Notes: generated by a model not told the origin, from the sequence alone. Shown: positions 1 to 9,563, counted from the stretch's first letter. The stretch is 44,621 nucleotides of DNA from an uncultured Bacilli bacterium (GCA_944363835.1 CALVVJ010000003.1:1-44621); one strand, 5' to 3'. Numbers and translations are program-made.

Positions 1-67
1 TAAATTTTGTGTCTTTTTGGCATGTATATAATACCATAAAAATTTACTCTTGACAAATCTTAGAATG

Positions 68-265
68 TCATTTATCAGATGTATTTGATGACATAATCAC
101 CCGCTTTGTCTCATCATTCCAAGATAATACACCCCCATTTTCACATTTAGACAATACGCTATTAAATACGTACCCTTCTTGAGCCCATGTCACATCGCTT
201 GAAACTTGATACTCCCCAGAATCTGGACTAGTCTCATACATCATAGTCAAAGCATTTATATTCAT
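68..265 (-). pseudogene. Short hypothetical ORF, probably a fragment of a secreted/surface protein domain
   Basis: 65-aa ORF with protein-like composition (GYVFN..SKCENGG.LSWN) that ends abruptly; no signal peptide in frame. Confidence 0.4.
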
Positions 266-269
266 AATA

Positions 270-452
270 TTGTTTGTATCACTATTAATAATTACATTAT
301 GTCTAGTATTAAAAAATAATAAAATAAATAAATCAGAAGATTGGCAATATTCTAACGAATCTGGCCGCAGTCGTTATTTCTTTAACGATATCATTGAAAT
401 TGCCAATACTTACGATTTAGAGATTATTATTAAGGACAAAGAAAAGAAGTAA
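270..452 (+). pseudogene. Possible remnant of a small HTH-type protein
   Basis: Only the C-terminal part (DIIEIANTYDLEIIIKDK) looks protein-like; weak TTG start. Confidence 0.2.
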
Positions 453-475
453 AAAACTAAATCATTTTACTTCTT

Positions 476-2209
476 TTAATTTTCACTATTATATAACGTC
501 TTATATATCTCATTATTCTTCAATAATTCTTTATGTGTTCCTTCAGCTACTACCTTACCATCATCAATTAGATAAATAATATCTGCATCAATTATAGTTG
601 AAAGGCGATGAGCCACAATAACAATTGTATGATCTTTTACCAAATTATCGATTGCTTGTTTTATTTTACTTTGATTTTCATTATCTAAAGCACTTGTAGC
701 TTCATCAAATAAAATTATCTTGCTATCCTTAAGTAGTGCTCTAGCAATTGCTAACCTTTGCTTTTGACCACCACTTAAGTTTACCCCACCTTCCCCAATT
801 TTAGTATCATATTTATTTGGAAGACTCATAATATAATCATCTATTTCTGCTGCTTTACAAGCGCTCCTTATTTTCTTTAATGATAAATAAGGATCAAGCA
901 CATGAAAATTTTCTAATATAGTTTTATTAAAAATAAATGGATCTTGTCGAATTATAGCTATATTTTGATGAAAAGCATCTTCAGAAAAATCATCAATTGG
1001 ATAATTATCAATTAATATAACTCCTTGTTGTGGTTCAAAATAACGAAGTAACAAATTAAATATAGTACTTTTACCTTGTCCACTCTTACCAACAATTGCT
1101 ATCTTTTTATTGCTAGGTAAACTTAAATTAAAATCTTTTAAAACACTACCCTCTTTCTCACTATAAGCAAAAGTTACATTCTTAAATTCAATATTACCTA
1201 CAATATCAGTTTTATCTAAATTACCAAAAACAATATCAGGATAAAGACGATTGCCAAGTATTTCATCTACTCTTTCAATTGCTACTTTAGTTTTTTGCAA
1301 AGAAGAACCTAAATTCATTACCCATTCTATTAAAAAAGTAAATCGATAAATATAATAAGTCATAGCCATAAAAAAGCCAATATCACTTTTACCAACACTA
1401 ATTAATATTATACAAGTAATAAATACAATTACTTCTAATCCGTTTCCTAAAGAATAAGCTAGCGCATAATAATTTTCTTCGTCGACCATTTGTTTCTTAG
1501 TCTTAATAAAAGTTATATTAATTATCTTTTTAACTACTTCATTAATTCTTTTTCTAATACCTAAAGCTCTTATTTCCCGAATACCTCGAATAGTTTCATT
1601 AACCTCTGCAACTGTTTTATCTTTTTCTTCTGTTATCTCTTTTTGACTTTCTTTAATAAGAGGTAAAAACTTCTTAGAAAAAAGATAAAATATACTAAAA
1701 TACAATAATATTTCTAAAGCCACTATCCAAGAATTAAATAAAACATAGATAAATATTAATAAAGCTGTAAATAAAGTGGTAAACACATTGATAAATTGCC
1801 GAAATGTTTCGGTTATCGTCGAAGAATCATTAACAACCCGATTGATAAGTTCACCACTCGTCTTTTCTTCAAAAGCCCGAGCAGGGAGTAAACCCACTTT
1901 ATAATAAACCCCATAGCCAATTCTTTCCATTGTATTGCTACAAGCTTTCTTTATACAAATTTTTCCCAACCTATCAAATATTAAGTTATCCAATAATGCC
2001 ATAATTAAATAAAAAAGCAAAATCATCACTGCTATAAAAAAATGTCCCTCAGTTGCCTTTTGTGTCGCTTCTCCAATTAAATAACCGTATAGTACTCCTA
2101 AAATTGCACTAATAAAGATAAAAATAAAAGATTTAATAAAAAGCTTTTTCTCACTTCCAAAATACTTTTTAAAAAATCTTACTATTTCTCTAAATTTCAT
2201 CTTACTCAC
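476..2209 (-). CDS. ABC exporter, fused permease/ATP-binding protein (MsbA/Sav1866-like)
   Basis: N-terminal TM helices; Walker A GKSGQGKST, signature LSGGQ, Walker B IILFDEATSALD, H-loop AHRL. Confidence 0.95.
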   Translation of the reverse strand: MSKMKFREIVRFFKKYFGSEKKLFIKSFIFIFISAILGVLYGYLIGEATQKATEGHFFIAVMILLFYLIMALLDNLIFDRLGKICIKKACSNTMERIGYGVYYKVGLLPARAFEEKTSGELINRVVNDSSTITETFRQFINVFTTLFTALLIFIYVLFNSWIVALEILLYFSIFYLFSKKFLPLIKESQKEITEEKDKTVAEVNETIRGIREIRALGIRKRINEVVKKIINITFIKTKKQMVDEENYYALAYSLGNGLEVIVFITCIILISVGKSDIGFFMAMTYYIYRFTFLIEWVMNLGSSLQKTKVAIERVDEILGNRLYPDIVFGNLDKTDIVGNIEFKNVTFAYSEKEGSVLKDFNLSLPSNKKIAIVGKSGQGKSTIFNLLLRYFEPQQGVILIDNYPIDDFSEDAFHQNIAIIRQDPFIFNKTILENFHVLDPYLSLKKIRSACKAAEIDDYIMSLPNKYDTKIGEGGVNLSGGQKQRLAIARALLKDSKIILFDEATSALDNENQSKIKQAIDNLVKDHTIVIVAHRLSTIIDADIIYLIDDGKVVAEGTHKELLKNNEIYKTLYNSEN

Positions 2210-4754
2210 CCTTTTTAATCTTTTCTTTTAATTCAAATAGATAATTAAGTGCTGCAATTGGGGTCATATTCATAATATCTATTTTCTCTATTTCCTTTTT
2301 TATTATATCATCTTTTGGCTTTTCTTGAAAGAAATCCATACTAAGTTGTACTCTTTCTTCCGGATTCTTTTTCTTAGCATTAGTTTCATATTCATTTAGT
2401 ATTTCACTAGCTCTTTTAAGTAATTCCTCTGGCATTTTTGCAAGCCTTGCCACATGAATCCCATAACTTTTATCGACAGCCCCACTTTTAACTTTATGCA
2501 AAAATGTTATAGTATCACCATTATCTACTGCACTAACATGGACATTTTTAATATTTTTAAACTTCTTATCTAACCTAGTAAGTTCATGATAATGTGTCGA
2601 AAACAAAGTATAAGCTTTAATATTTTCACTAATGTATTCTAGTATTGCTTGGGCCAAACTCATTCCATCATAAGTTGCTGTTCCTCTTCCTAATTCATCA
2701 AACAATATCAAAGAATTGCTTGTTGCATTGCATATTGCATTTCTAGCTTCCTTCATTTCCACCATAAAAGTTGATTCACCACTAACTAAATCATCACTAG
2801 CTCCAATTCTAGTAAAAATTTTATCTACAATAGGCAAATTAGCACTAGCCGCCGGCACAAAAGAACCAATCTGTGCCATTATAACAATAATCGCCAGTTG
2901 GCGCATATAAGTTGACTTACCACTCATATTAGGCCCTGTAATAAGTAAGGTATTAATTCCATTTTCCATTACACAATCATTAGGAACATATTCTTCTTTA
3001 CTGACAATTTCCACAACTGGATGTCTACCATCTTTTATATTGATAATTCCATCATCATTTATCGTTGGCTTGACAAAATTATATTCTTCGCTACAAACCG
3101 CTAAAGAAAGCATACAATCGATTTCACTCAAAGCATCAGCAGTTTTATTTAAACTAGGAACTTCTAACTTAATTTTATTCCTAATTTCACAAAACAAATT
3201 ATATTCTAAATCGATAATATTTTCTTCTGCATTCAAAATAAGTGACTCTTTTTCTTTTAATTCTGGAGAAATATATCTCTCACAATTAGTTAAAGTTTGT
3301 TTACGGTACCAATTAAACTCATCTTTAACTTGATCTTTACTTCCATTTGGTACTTCAATATAATAACCAAAAACTTTATTAAATCCTACTTTTAAATTTT
3401 TAATTCCTGTTTGTTCCTTTACTTTAGCTTCAAAGCTTGCCACAAAATCTTTACCACCACTACGAATACTTCTAAGTTCATCTAACTCTTCATTATAACC
3501 AGTTTTAATAATATACCCTTCCCTTACACTAATCGGTGGGTCTTCACTAATTGCTTTATCTAATAAATTAAAAACTTCACTGTGTGTAGCAAACTCATAA
3601 TCAAAGTCTAACTTAGCAATTATTTCTTTTATCTTTGGTAATACTGCTAAACTATTTTTAAGTTGTAATAAATCCCTTGCATTTAAACTACCATTAATAA
3701 CTTTACCAGATAATCTTTCAATATCATAAACTTCATACAATAAATTTCTCAGTTCATCTTTTAATAAAAATTCATTATTTAATTTTTCAATCTTAGCATA
3801 TCTTTCTAACAAAATATCCTTATTCTTTAAAGGATTCAATATCCAACTTTTAAGTTTTCTACTTCCCATAGCAGTCTTACATTTATCAAGTAACCAAACT
3901 AAAGAATATGTTCTTTCTTTTAACCTAATAGTTTCTACTAGCTCTAAATTTCTAACTGTATGAACATCCATTTCCACATAATCATTTTTCTTAATTATCT
4001 CCAAATGATTAATATGACTCAAATCTTTTAATTGTCTTACACTTAAATAATAAAATAGATGTTCTACTCCACTACGTACTCTAACATCCAAAATTGTACT
4101 TAGAAACTCTGTATATTTATCCGTTAAAAACTCACTATTAATTGTTACTTCAATATTATAAGTATTCTTAAGTAAATCTATTAAAGCAGTATTAAGATTA
4201 TCTAACAAGACTACTTCTTTAATATTATAATTTAGTATTTCATTTAATAAAGTATCCATATTATTAGGAATACTCAAACTAGCCAAATAACTAGTTGAAA
4301 TATCCAAAATAGTTATATTAATTATATCTTGAAAGAACAATACACTAGCAATATAAGATGAATCTCTTTCATTAAGTAAGTCATTATCAGCAATAGTCCC
4401 TTTACTTATGACATCGACAATTCCTCTTTTAACCATTCTATTTCCTGTTGTTTTTGGATCCTCTAACTGTTCACATATTGCTACTCTATATCCTTTATTA
4501 ACTAATTTTTCAATATAAGTTTTCACATTATTATGTGGAACACCACACATTGGAACCCTCTCTTCTAAACCTGCAACTCGGCCTGTAAGAGTAAGTTCTA
4601 ATTCTCTTGATGCAATTAAAGCATCATCAAAAAACATTTCATAAAAGTCCCCTAAGCGATAAAAGACAAGTTCTTCTGAATACTTATCCTTAATTTCCAT
4701 ATATTGAGCCATCATTGGACTTAATTTATTTCTATCAACTTCACTACGTTTCAT
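2202..4754 (-). CDS. mutS: DNA mismatch repair protein MutS
   Basis: GDFYEMF mismatch-binding motif, GPNMSGKST Walker A, STFMVE, DELGRGT, SYGIHVA. Confidence 0.98.
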   Translation of the reverse strand: MKRSEVDRNKLSPMMAQYMEIKDKYSEELVFYRLGDFYEMFFDDALIASRELELTLTGRVAGLEERVPMCGVPHNNVKTYIEKLVNKGYRVAICEQLEDPKTTGNRMVKRGIVDVISKGTIADNDLLNERDSSYIASVLFFQDIINITILDISTSYLASLSIPNNMDTLLNEILNYNIKEVVLLDNLNTALIDLLKNTYNIEVTINSEFLTDKYTEFLSTILDVRVRSGVEHLFYYLSVRQLKDLSHINHLEIIKKNDYVEMDVHTVRNLELVETIRLKERTYSLVWLLDKCKTAMGSRKLKSWILNPLKNKDILLERYAKIEKLNNEFLLKDELRNLLYEVYDIERLSGKVINGSLNARDLLQLKNSLAVLPKIKEIIAKLDFDYEFATHSEVFNLLDKAISEDPPISVREGYIIKTGYNEELDELRSIRSGGKDFVASFEAKVKEQTGIKNLKVGFNKVFGYYIEVPNGSKDQVKDEFNWYRKQTLTNCERYISPELKEKESLILNAEENIIDLEYNLFCEIRNKIKLEVPSLNKTADALSEIDCMLSLAVCSEEYNFVKPTINDDGIINIKDGRHPVVEIVSKEEYVPNDCVMENGINTLLITGPNMSGKSTYMRQLAIIVIMAQIGSFVPAASANLPIVDKIFTRIGASDDLVSGESTFMVEMKEARNAICNATSNSLILFDELGRGTATYDGMSLAQAILEYISENIKAYTLFSTHYHELTRLDKKFKNIKNVHVSAVDNGDTITFLHKVKSGAVDKSYGIHVARLAKMPEELLKRASEILNEYETNAKKKNPEERVQLSMDFFQEKPKDDIIKKEIEKIDIMNMTPIAALNYLFELKEKIKKGE

Positions 4755-4796
4755 ACTACAAAAACTCCTAAGTAGTATTATAACACGTATTTTTAT

Positions 4797-6497
4797 TTAT
4801 TTTAACAAATTTTTCCTTCTAGGCAAGATAAATTCTAATCTAGCATAATTAATTCCTGTATCAGGAATATCAACTTCAATAAGTTCATTAGTAACAGTTA
4901 CCGTAATAACTTGTTTATCTTTTGTTATATCTATCTCAACTAATTCCTGAGTTATTTGATACCCCAAACTAGCCTTTGTTTCTTTTAAATAATACTTTCC
5001 TAAATCCAAATTATCTATTACTATTTTCCCCTCAGAATTAGTTTCCTTTTTAGTAACTTCTTCCATCTTATCATTATATAAAGTAAATTCTGTATTTTCT
5101 AAAGGCTCATTATTACTATTAACCTTTAATATTTCGATACTACCTTTTTCTTTTTTATTAACTAATTTAATTGTTACTGGTTTAATATTATTATCTTCAT
5201 CTAACTCTAAATCTATTTTATATTCTGTATCATCCAATATATAGCCATCTAAAGTAGCTAGTTCTTTCAAAATATATTTTCCCCTAATTAAATTTTCAAA
5301 AGTTATTCTGCCTTCCTCATCACTTACTTGAATATCTACTAAAGTTCCATCTAAATTATATAAACCAATTGTAACTCCAGGTAAAACACTATCATTTTCA
5401 TCAACTTTTAACACCTCTATTTTCCCAACCACTGGATAGTTAGCAAATTCAATTACTATTTCTTTTTCTTTGTCTACTTCAAAATATACTTCAGTTTCAT
5501 TTATTACATATCCAGGAATAGTTTGTTCCTTCACTTCGACAATTTTATATGTTCCTTTACCAAATATATAATCAGTTTCTAAAATTCCCTCTTCATTAGT
5601 TTCTCCCTCAAAAACTAATTCATTAGTATCACTATTATATATTTGAAATTTTATTCCCGCTATTTTAAGCATTTCATTACTAATAGCATCAACTTTTAAA
5701 AGTTTTATTTTCGCACCAACTACATTGATTGTAATTGGTACTTCAACATCATCAATATTACCCGCACATAAAACATTTTGACTATTGCCATCCGCATAAA
5801 CTATCGGCATATCATTAAAATTATTACTTACTTTTTTTAGTGTTACACTCTTGCTTCCAACTACATCACCAGTAACTACTAGTTCATTACCATTAATTTT
5901 TATATTATCATCTACTACTTCATAATTGCTTAAACAATCATTTTCATCTTTAAAACTTTTTGTTTCTCCTAACATAACTTCGATTTTATCAAATTTTGGT
6001 GTAATATAATGCTCATTTACTAAACTTTCTATTTCTTCAATTTCTAAAGCATAAAGTGTTAAATCATTTTCTCCTCCAAGCGTCTTAGTAAAATAAAACT
6101 GGGCATCCGGTTCAACTTCTCGCCAAATCATCATTTGAGTAATATAATACCAATAATCTTCTGTATGATTTTCATAGCCATAACCATAATAAGCAATCAA
6201 AGAAATTTTCTTCCATACTTCGTCACTTATATTTAAAATATCAGCATAATCACTAGTATAACTTGTATACGTATAATTATCGATTAAAGCTACAAATGGC
6301 TCTACACAATAAACCGCTTTGTTATCACTAGCTCGCCTTATAAAACCTCCTTGCTTAACAGTCTCCTTACCACTACTATCTATTTTTCTAATAAACATGC
6401 CAGGTATTTTATCACCGACATAAATTTTCTCCGTCGCCGCATCAACACTTATTACCCCTAAGAAAAAAACTACTAAAATCAATAATTTTTTTAACAT
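4797..6497 (-). CDS. Surface adhesin with Cys-Gln thioester domain and SpaA/Cna-B-like repeats
   Basis: Signal peptide; YCVEP and TQMMIW thioester-domain motifs; three KVD...G.Y.L.E...GY repeats; C-terminal IPDTG; start placed at MLKK after a GAGG RBS. Confidence 0.85.
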   Translation of the reverse strand: MLKKLLILVVFFLGVISVDAATEKIYVGDKIPGMFIRKIDSSGKETVKQGGFIRRASDNKAVYCVEPFVALIDNYTYTSYTSDYADILNISDEVWKKISLIAYYGYGYENHTEDYWYYITQMMIWREVEPDAQFYFTKTLGGENDLTLYALEIEEIESLVNEHYITPKFDKIEVMLGETKSFKDENDCLSNYEVVDDNIKINGNELVVTGDVVGSKSVTLKKVSNNFNDMPIVYADGNSQNVLCAGNIDDVEVPITINVVGAKIKLLKVDAISNEMLKIAGIKFQIYNSDTNELVFEGETNEEGILETDYIFGKGTYKIVEVKEQTIPGYVINETEVYFEVDKEKEIVIEFANYPVVGKIEVLKVDENDSVLPGVTIGLYNLDGTLVDIQVSDEEGRITFENLIRGKYILKELATLDGYILDDTEYKIDLELDEDNNIKPVTIKLVNKKEKGSIEILKVNSNNEPLENTEFTLYNDKMEEVTKKETNSEGKIVIDNLDLGKYYLKETKASLGYQITQELVEIDITKDKQVITVTVTNELIEVDIPDTGINYARLEFILPRRKNLLK

Positions 6498-6617
6498 AAA
6501 TCCTCTCCTCAATTATAAATATACTAAATACTACAATAAAATCACATAATTATATTTACCTCCTTTCACTTATATATATCTGTAAAAAAAGTCAATTTCC
6601 TTTTTTTTCATAAAAAA

Positions 6618-6647
6618 AAGTTCAAATAATCATAAATTATTTGAACT
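6618..6647 (-). terminator. Intrinsic terminator downstream of the Rpn-like fragment
   Basis: agttcaaataat-cataa-attatttgaact inverted repeat followed by a U run on the minus strand. Confidence 0.7.
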
Positions 6648-6666
6648 CCAACACTCTTTCTTCACT

Positions 6667-7230
6667 TTATAACATCATTATCTGCTTTTTAGATAATTCT
6701 GTTATCTTAGAAATTAAATCTATTGCTATGCCATTTTCTTTCATCTTTTTAGCATTTTCTCGATTACTTTGTTCAATACCTTCAGCACGACCCAAAGTTT
6801 GTCCTTCTTCTAATGCTTCTTCTCTTATGGCATTCTTGATAAATTCATTTTCCATTTCCACATCATAATCTAAATATATCTTTCCATTCTCTAAATCATT
6901 CCGTGTCTTTTCTGCTTTCATTAATATCTCGTCTCCTTCTATAAATTTTTCTATTTCTTCTTTACTTTCTCTACTCATTAGTAGATATAATAATCTCTTG
7001 CTTTGTTTACTTATTGTAACTTTACTATACCAAAGTTCTTTTATCTTTTCAAGATTAAATTCTAAATACGCTAAATGTCCAGTTAATCTTCTTCCTACTT
7101 CATTTATTATCTTATATTCACTTTCACCAAGATTACATCTCATATCTCTACGATTATAAGCATTGATAAACACTAATATTACCTTCTTACCATTAAATTC
7201 AATTACTCCATCTTTATTAGTATAAAACAT
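6667..7230 (-). pseudogene. C-terminal part of an Rpn/PD-(D/E)XK nuclease-family protein
   Basis: Typical Rpn tail EEG..GRAEGIEQ...AKKMKENG...I.KITEL; the N-terminal part lies at ~8550-8790. Confidence 0.75.
7080..7230. repeat. 151-bp direct repeat, copy A
   Basis: Matches 8398-8548 with 4 substitutions by manual alignment. Confidence 0.95.
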
Positions 7231-7309
7231 TTTATTAAATATATGATTGGAAAGCTATTATAAAATCAATTTAGATGCTAAATTATCAACATTTAGTCTT
7301 AAAAACATA

Positions 7310-7335
7310 AAAACCTAGTCGTAAAAACTAGGATT
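7310..7335 (-). terminator. Intrinsic terminator after the downstream AbiF RNA copy
   Basis: Minus strand aatcctagt-ttttacg-actaggttttt. Confidence 0.75.
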
Positions 7336-7337
7336 TG

Positions 7338-7376
7338 AATGACTTAGAGCTTCTAAAGTTTTCTAAGCACCACTCA
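7338..7376 (-). ncRNA. AbiF-associated RNA hairpin, downstream copy (candidate antitoxin)
   Basis: 32/39 identical to 8292-8330 with two compensatory base-pair changes; TATAAT at 7382-7387 at the same spacing as in the upstream copy. Confidence 0.7.
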
Positions 7377-7397
7377 TTAATATTATATTATAAACAT

Positions 7398-8273
7398 TTA
7401 AATATATACATTAGGATAACCCATAATTCTTAAAATACTTTTAATGTCTATAGAATTTAACTTATTATCTAACTTATTTATTTCTTTTTCTATTGATTTT
7501 ACTAAACTATTATATTGCCTTTTATCTAAAATGATTTGCATCGCTTTAATCATCATGTATAAATTCGTAAGATTATCCTTAGCTACATAATTAGCATCAA
7601 TCTCTTTAAATTTTAAAGTATATTTATCTCTATAACAAAATAGGCGATCATTATGAGCACAAATATTCCTAATATTAGTTAAACATCTTAATATTTGTTT
7701 TAACAATACATCTGATATTTTAAATTTCTTTGCTATTATTTGCCTATCACTTTGTTTTAACAAACCATAATAGCTACTAATAACTCCAAATGTTAATATT
7801 TTAGTTAAAACAAACGGTGGAATAAAACCATAATTATCTTTATAATGAGTAATTGCAAGATGAATACCGTAATTATGATTAATGACCTCATTTATTTTAT
7901 CAATCAATCTCTTTCTAACAATTAAGTTAGCCTTACTATCTAAGTTATTAATATTTAAATAAGCCTTTATACCATAAACATTAGAAATATGATTTGATAT
8001 CAAAGATTTAATAAAAGATTCAACTTCTAAAGCATATTTTAACATTATTAATTTCAAGTTTTTATCAAAATCATATAAAGCATATATTTCTTCAAAAGAA
8101 ACATTGTGAAAATAATTATTATTAGAATCCTTAAAATTATATTTATAACTATTAACTATAGAATAATAAGTATATTTTTCTAATTTTTTCAAAGCAAATT
8201 TTCTATTTTTAATAATAACGTTCTTGGTTTCTAAATAATTTAATAATCCTTCATCTGTTTTATATTGCTTCAT
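7398..8273 (-). CDS. Abi_2/AbiF-family HEPN ribonuclease (abortive infection toxin)
   Basis: YY.I..Y, LYDFD..L...E motifs, P...L...TFG..S..Y, HEPN RxxxxH motif RNICAH. Confidence 0.9.
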   Translation of the reverse strand: MKQYKTDEGLLNYLETKNVIIKNRKFALKKLEKYTYYSIVNSYKYNFKDSNNNYFHNVSFEEIYALYDFDKNLKLIMLKYALEVESFIKSLISNHISNVYGIKAYLNINNLDSKANLIVRKRLIDKINEVINHNYGIHLAITHYKDNYGFIPPFVLTKILTFGVISSYYGLLKQSDRQIIAKKFKISDVLLKQILRCLTNIRNICAHNDRLFCYRDKYTLKFKEIDANYVAKDNLTNLYMMIKAMQIILDKRQYNSLVKSIEKEINKLDNKLNSIDIKSILRIMGYPNVYI

Positions 8274-8291
8274 ATTCCCCCTGAAATTAAA

Positions 8292-8330
8292 AATGACCTA
8301 GGACTTCAAAAGTTTCCTAGGCACTACTCA
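8292..8330 (-). ncRNA. AbiF-associated RNA hairpin, upstream copy (candidate antitoxin)
   Basis: UGAGUAGUGCCUAGGAAACUUUUGAAGUCCUAGGUCAUU between the promoter and the abi start, followed by a U tract. Confidence 0.75.
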
Positions 8331-8335
8331 ATGAA

Positions 8336-8364
8336 ACTATATCAGATATCAATGATGTTGTCAA
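8336..8364 (-). promoter_or_regulatory. Sigma-A promoter for the AbiF RNA and toxin
   Basis: TTGACA-17 nt-TATAGT. Confidence 0.8.
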
Positions 8365-8397
8365 TTGTTTTTCAAGCTTAAATGCTAAATATCTGTG

Positions 8398-8548
8398 CAG
8401 TTAATCTTCTTCCTACTTCATTTATTATCTTATATTCACTTTCACCAAGATTACATCTCATATCTCTACGACTATAAGCATTGATAAACACCAATATTAC
8501 CTTCTTACCATTAAATTCGATTACTCCATCTTTATTGGTATAAAACAT
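8398..8548. repeat. 151-bp direct repeat, copy B
   Basis: Matches 7080-7230 with 4 substitutions. Confidence 0.95.
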
Positions 8549-8790
8549 AATGTTTAAAATATTATATTACCTACTTCGATTATTACATCACTTCGCATTA
8601 ACCTTTTAATATTACTAACTCTACATCCAAATACTTCATATTCTTTATTACATAATCATATTCCATATGTAATATATCTGCAATTATGCCAGCAACATAA
8701 TACCTAGTAGAATCATCTTTAAAGAAGAATTTAAAACCGACATTTATTGTAAGATACCCGATATCTACACTTGTGCCACAATTATATTTA
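8398..8790 (-). pseudogene. N-terminal remnant of the Rpn/PD-(D/E)XK nuclease-family gene
   Basis: Manual translation: NVGFKFFFKDDSTRYYVAGIIADILHMEYDYVIKNMKYLDVEL, frameshift, MRSDVIIEV, then the repeat. Confidence 0.65.
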
Positions 8791-8862
8791 CCACATTCAC
8801 TTATATATATCTGGAAAAAGAGGCAATTTCCTTTTTTATTGGAAATTTTTTTAATATACTTT

Positions 8863-9330
8863 TTATTCTATTTCATTCAACATTTTTTCTTTAATTTTAT
8901 CAATATCTGTAAAAAACAAATCAATTCCTCTTTCTTTTAATTCTAATAGACGAATAAACTTCTTATATATTTTTTCTTGTAAAGTTATTGGAACAAGTGC
9001 TGGTTTGCCATTTCTAGTATGAACATGATCTATATATTTTTCTAGTGTTGGAAAAGCATTTTGAATTAATATTGCACTATCTTCATCAAAAACTTTTTCA
9101 ATCAAAATTGAATCACAACGCCCATATTTTCTGATTTTATTATTATATATATTCTTATATTTCTGGATTTTGCTACTTAAAGGAATAAACCACAATATAT
9201 CTCCGTCTTTAATAATAAAATACGTAGGTCTAGTTTTACCTTTTTCATGATTGAGTAATAAACCATTGTCATTCACTTTATCAAAAAACTCGTCTTTTAT
9301 ATGATATAAATATCCAGCCTTTATTTTCAT
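8863..9330 (-). CDS. cptN: Type III toxin-antitoxin endoribonuclease, CptN family
   Basis: Y.IKD.FF, RP.Y, LWFIPLSS...KY, KYGRCD.I, LIQN.FP motifs; preceded by tandem repeats and a terminator. Confidence 0.88.
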   Translation of the reverse strand: MKIKAGYLYHIKDEFFDKVNDNGLLLNHEKGKTRPTYFIIKDGDILWFIPLSSKIQKYKNIYNNKIRKYGRCDSILIEKVFDEDSAILIQNAFPTLEKYIDHVHTRNGKPALVPITLQEKIYKKFIRLLELKERGIDLFFTDIDKIKEKMLNEIE

Positions 9331-9369
9331 TATATAACCTCCTCATACAAATATTTTAACATATAATAA

Positions 9370-9398
9370 AAGAAAACCCTATCAAAAGATAGGATTCT
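9370..9398 (-). terminator. Terminator between the antitoxin repeats and the toxin
   Basis: Minus strand gaatcctatc-tttt-gatagggttttcttt. Confidence 0.85.
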
Positions 9399-9400
9399 CT

Positions 9401-9505
9401 AAACATTTTCTATTGGGATTATTTATTACTCGCACCACCCAGAAGCGAGAAACATTACCTATTGGAATTATTTATTACTCGCACCATCCAGAAGCGAGAA
9501 ACATT
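9401..9505 (-). ncRNA. cptI: CptI-type antitoxin RNA, ~2.1 tandem repeats of 49 nt
   Basis: aaacatt recurs at 9401, 9450 and 9499; each unit has a CUCGC/GCGAG stem whose loop (UGGA or UGGG) pairs with downstream UCCA or CCCA. Confidence 0.9.
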
Positions 9506-9534
9506 TTCATATTGCATTCCTTTAATGCAATACT

Positions 9535-9563
9535 AATATACAACATTTTAATTAAAATGTCAA
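9535..9563 (-). promoter_or_regulatory. Sigma-A promoter of the type III TA operon
   Basis: TTGACA-17 nt-TATATT with an extended TG; palindrome acattttaattaaaatgt overlapping the spacer and -35. Confidence 0.8.

Noticed and set aside
6667-8790. Active IS element or transposase
   Set aside because: The Rpn-like gene is fragmented, and no terminal inverted repeats or short target-site duplication were seen.
9401-9505. Possible mini CRISPR array
   Set aside because: The units are contiguous near-identical 49-mers with no unique spacers and no cas genes; the layout fits a type III antitoxin.
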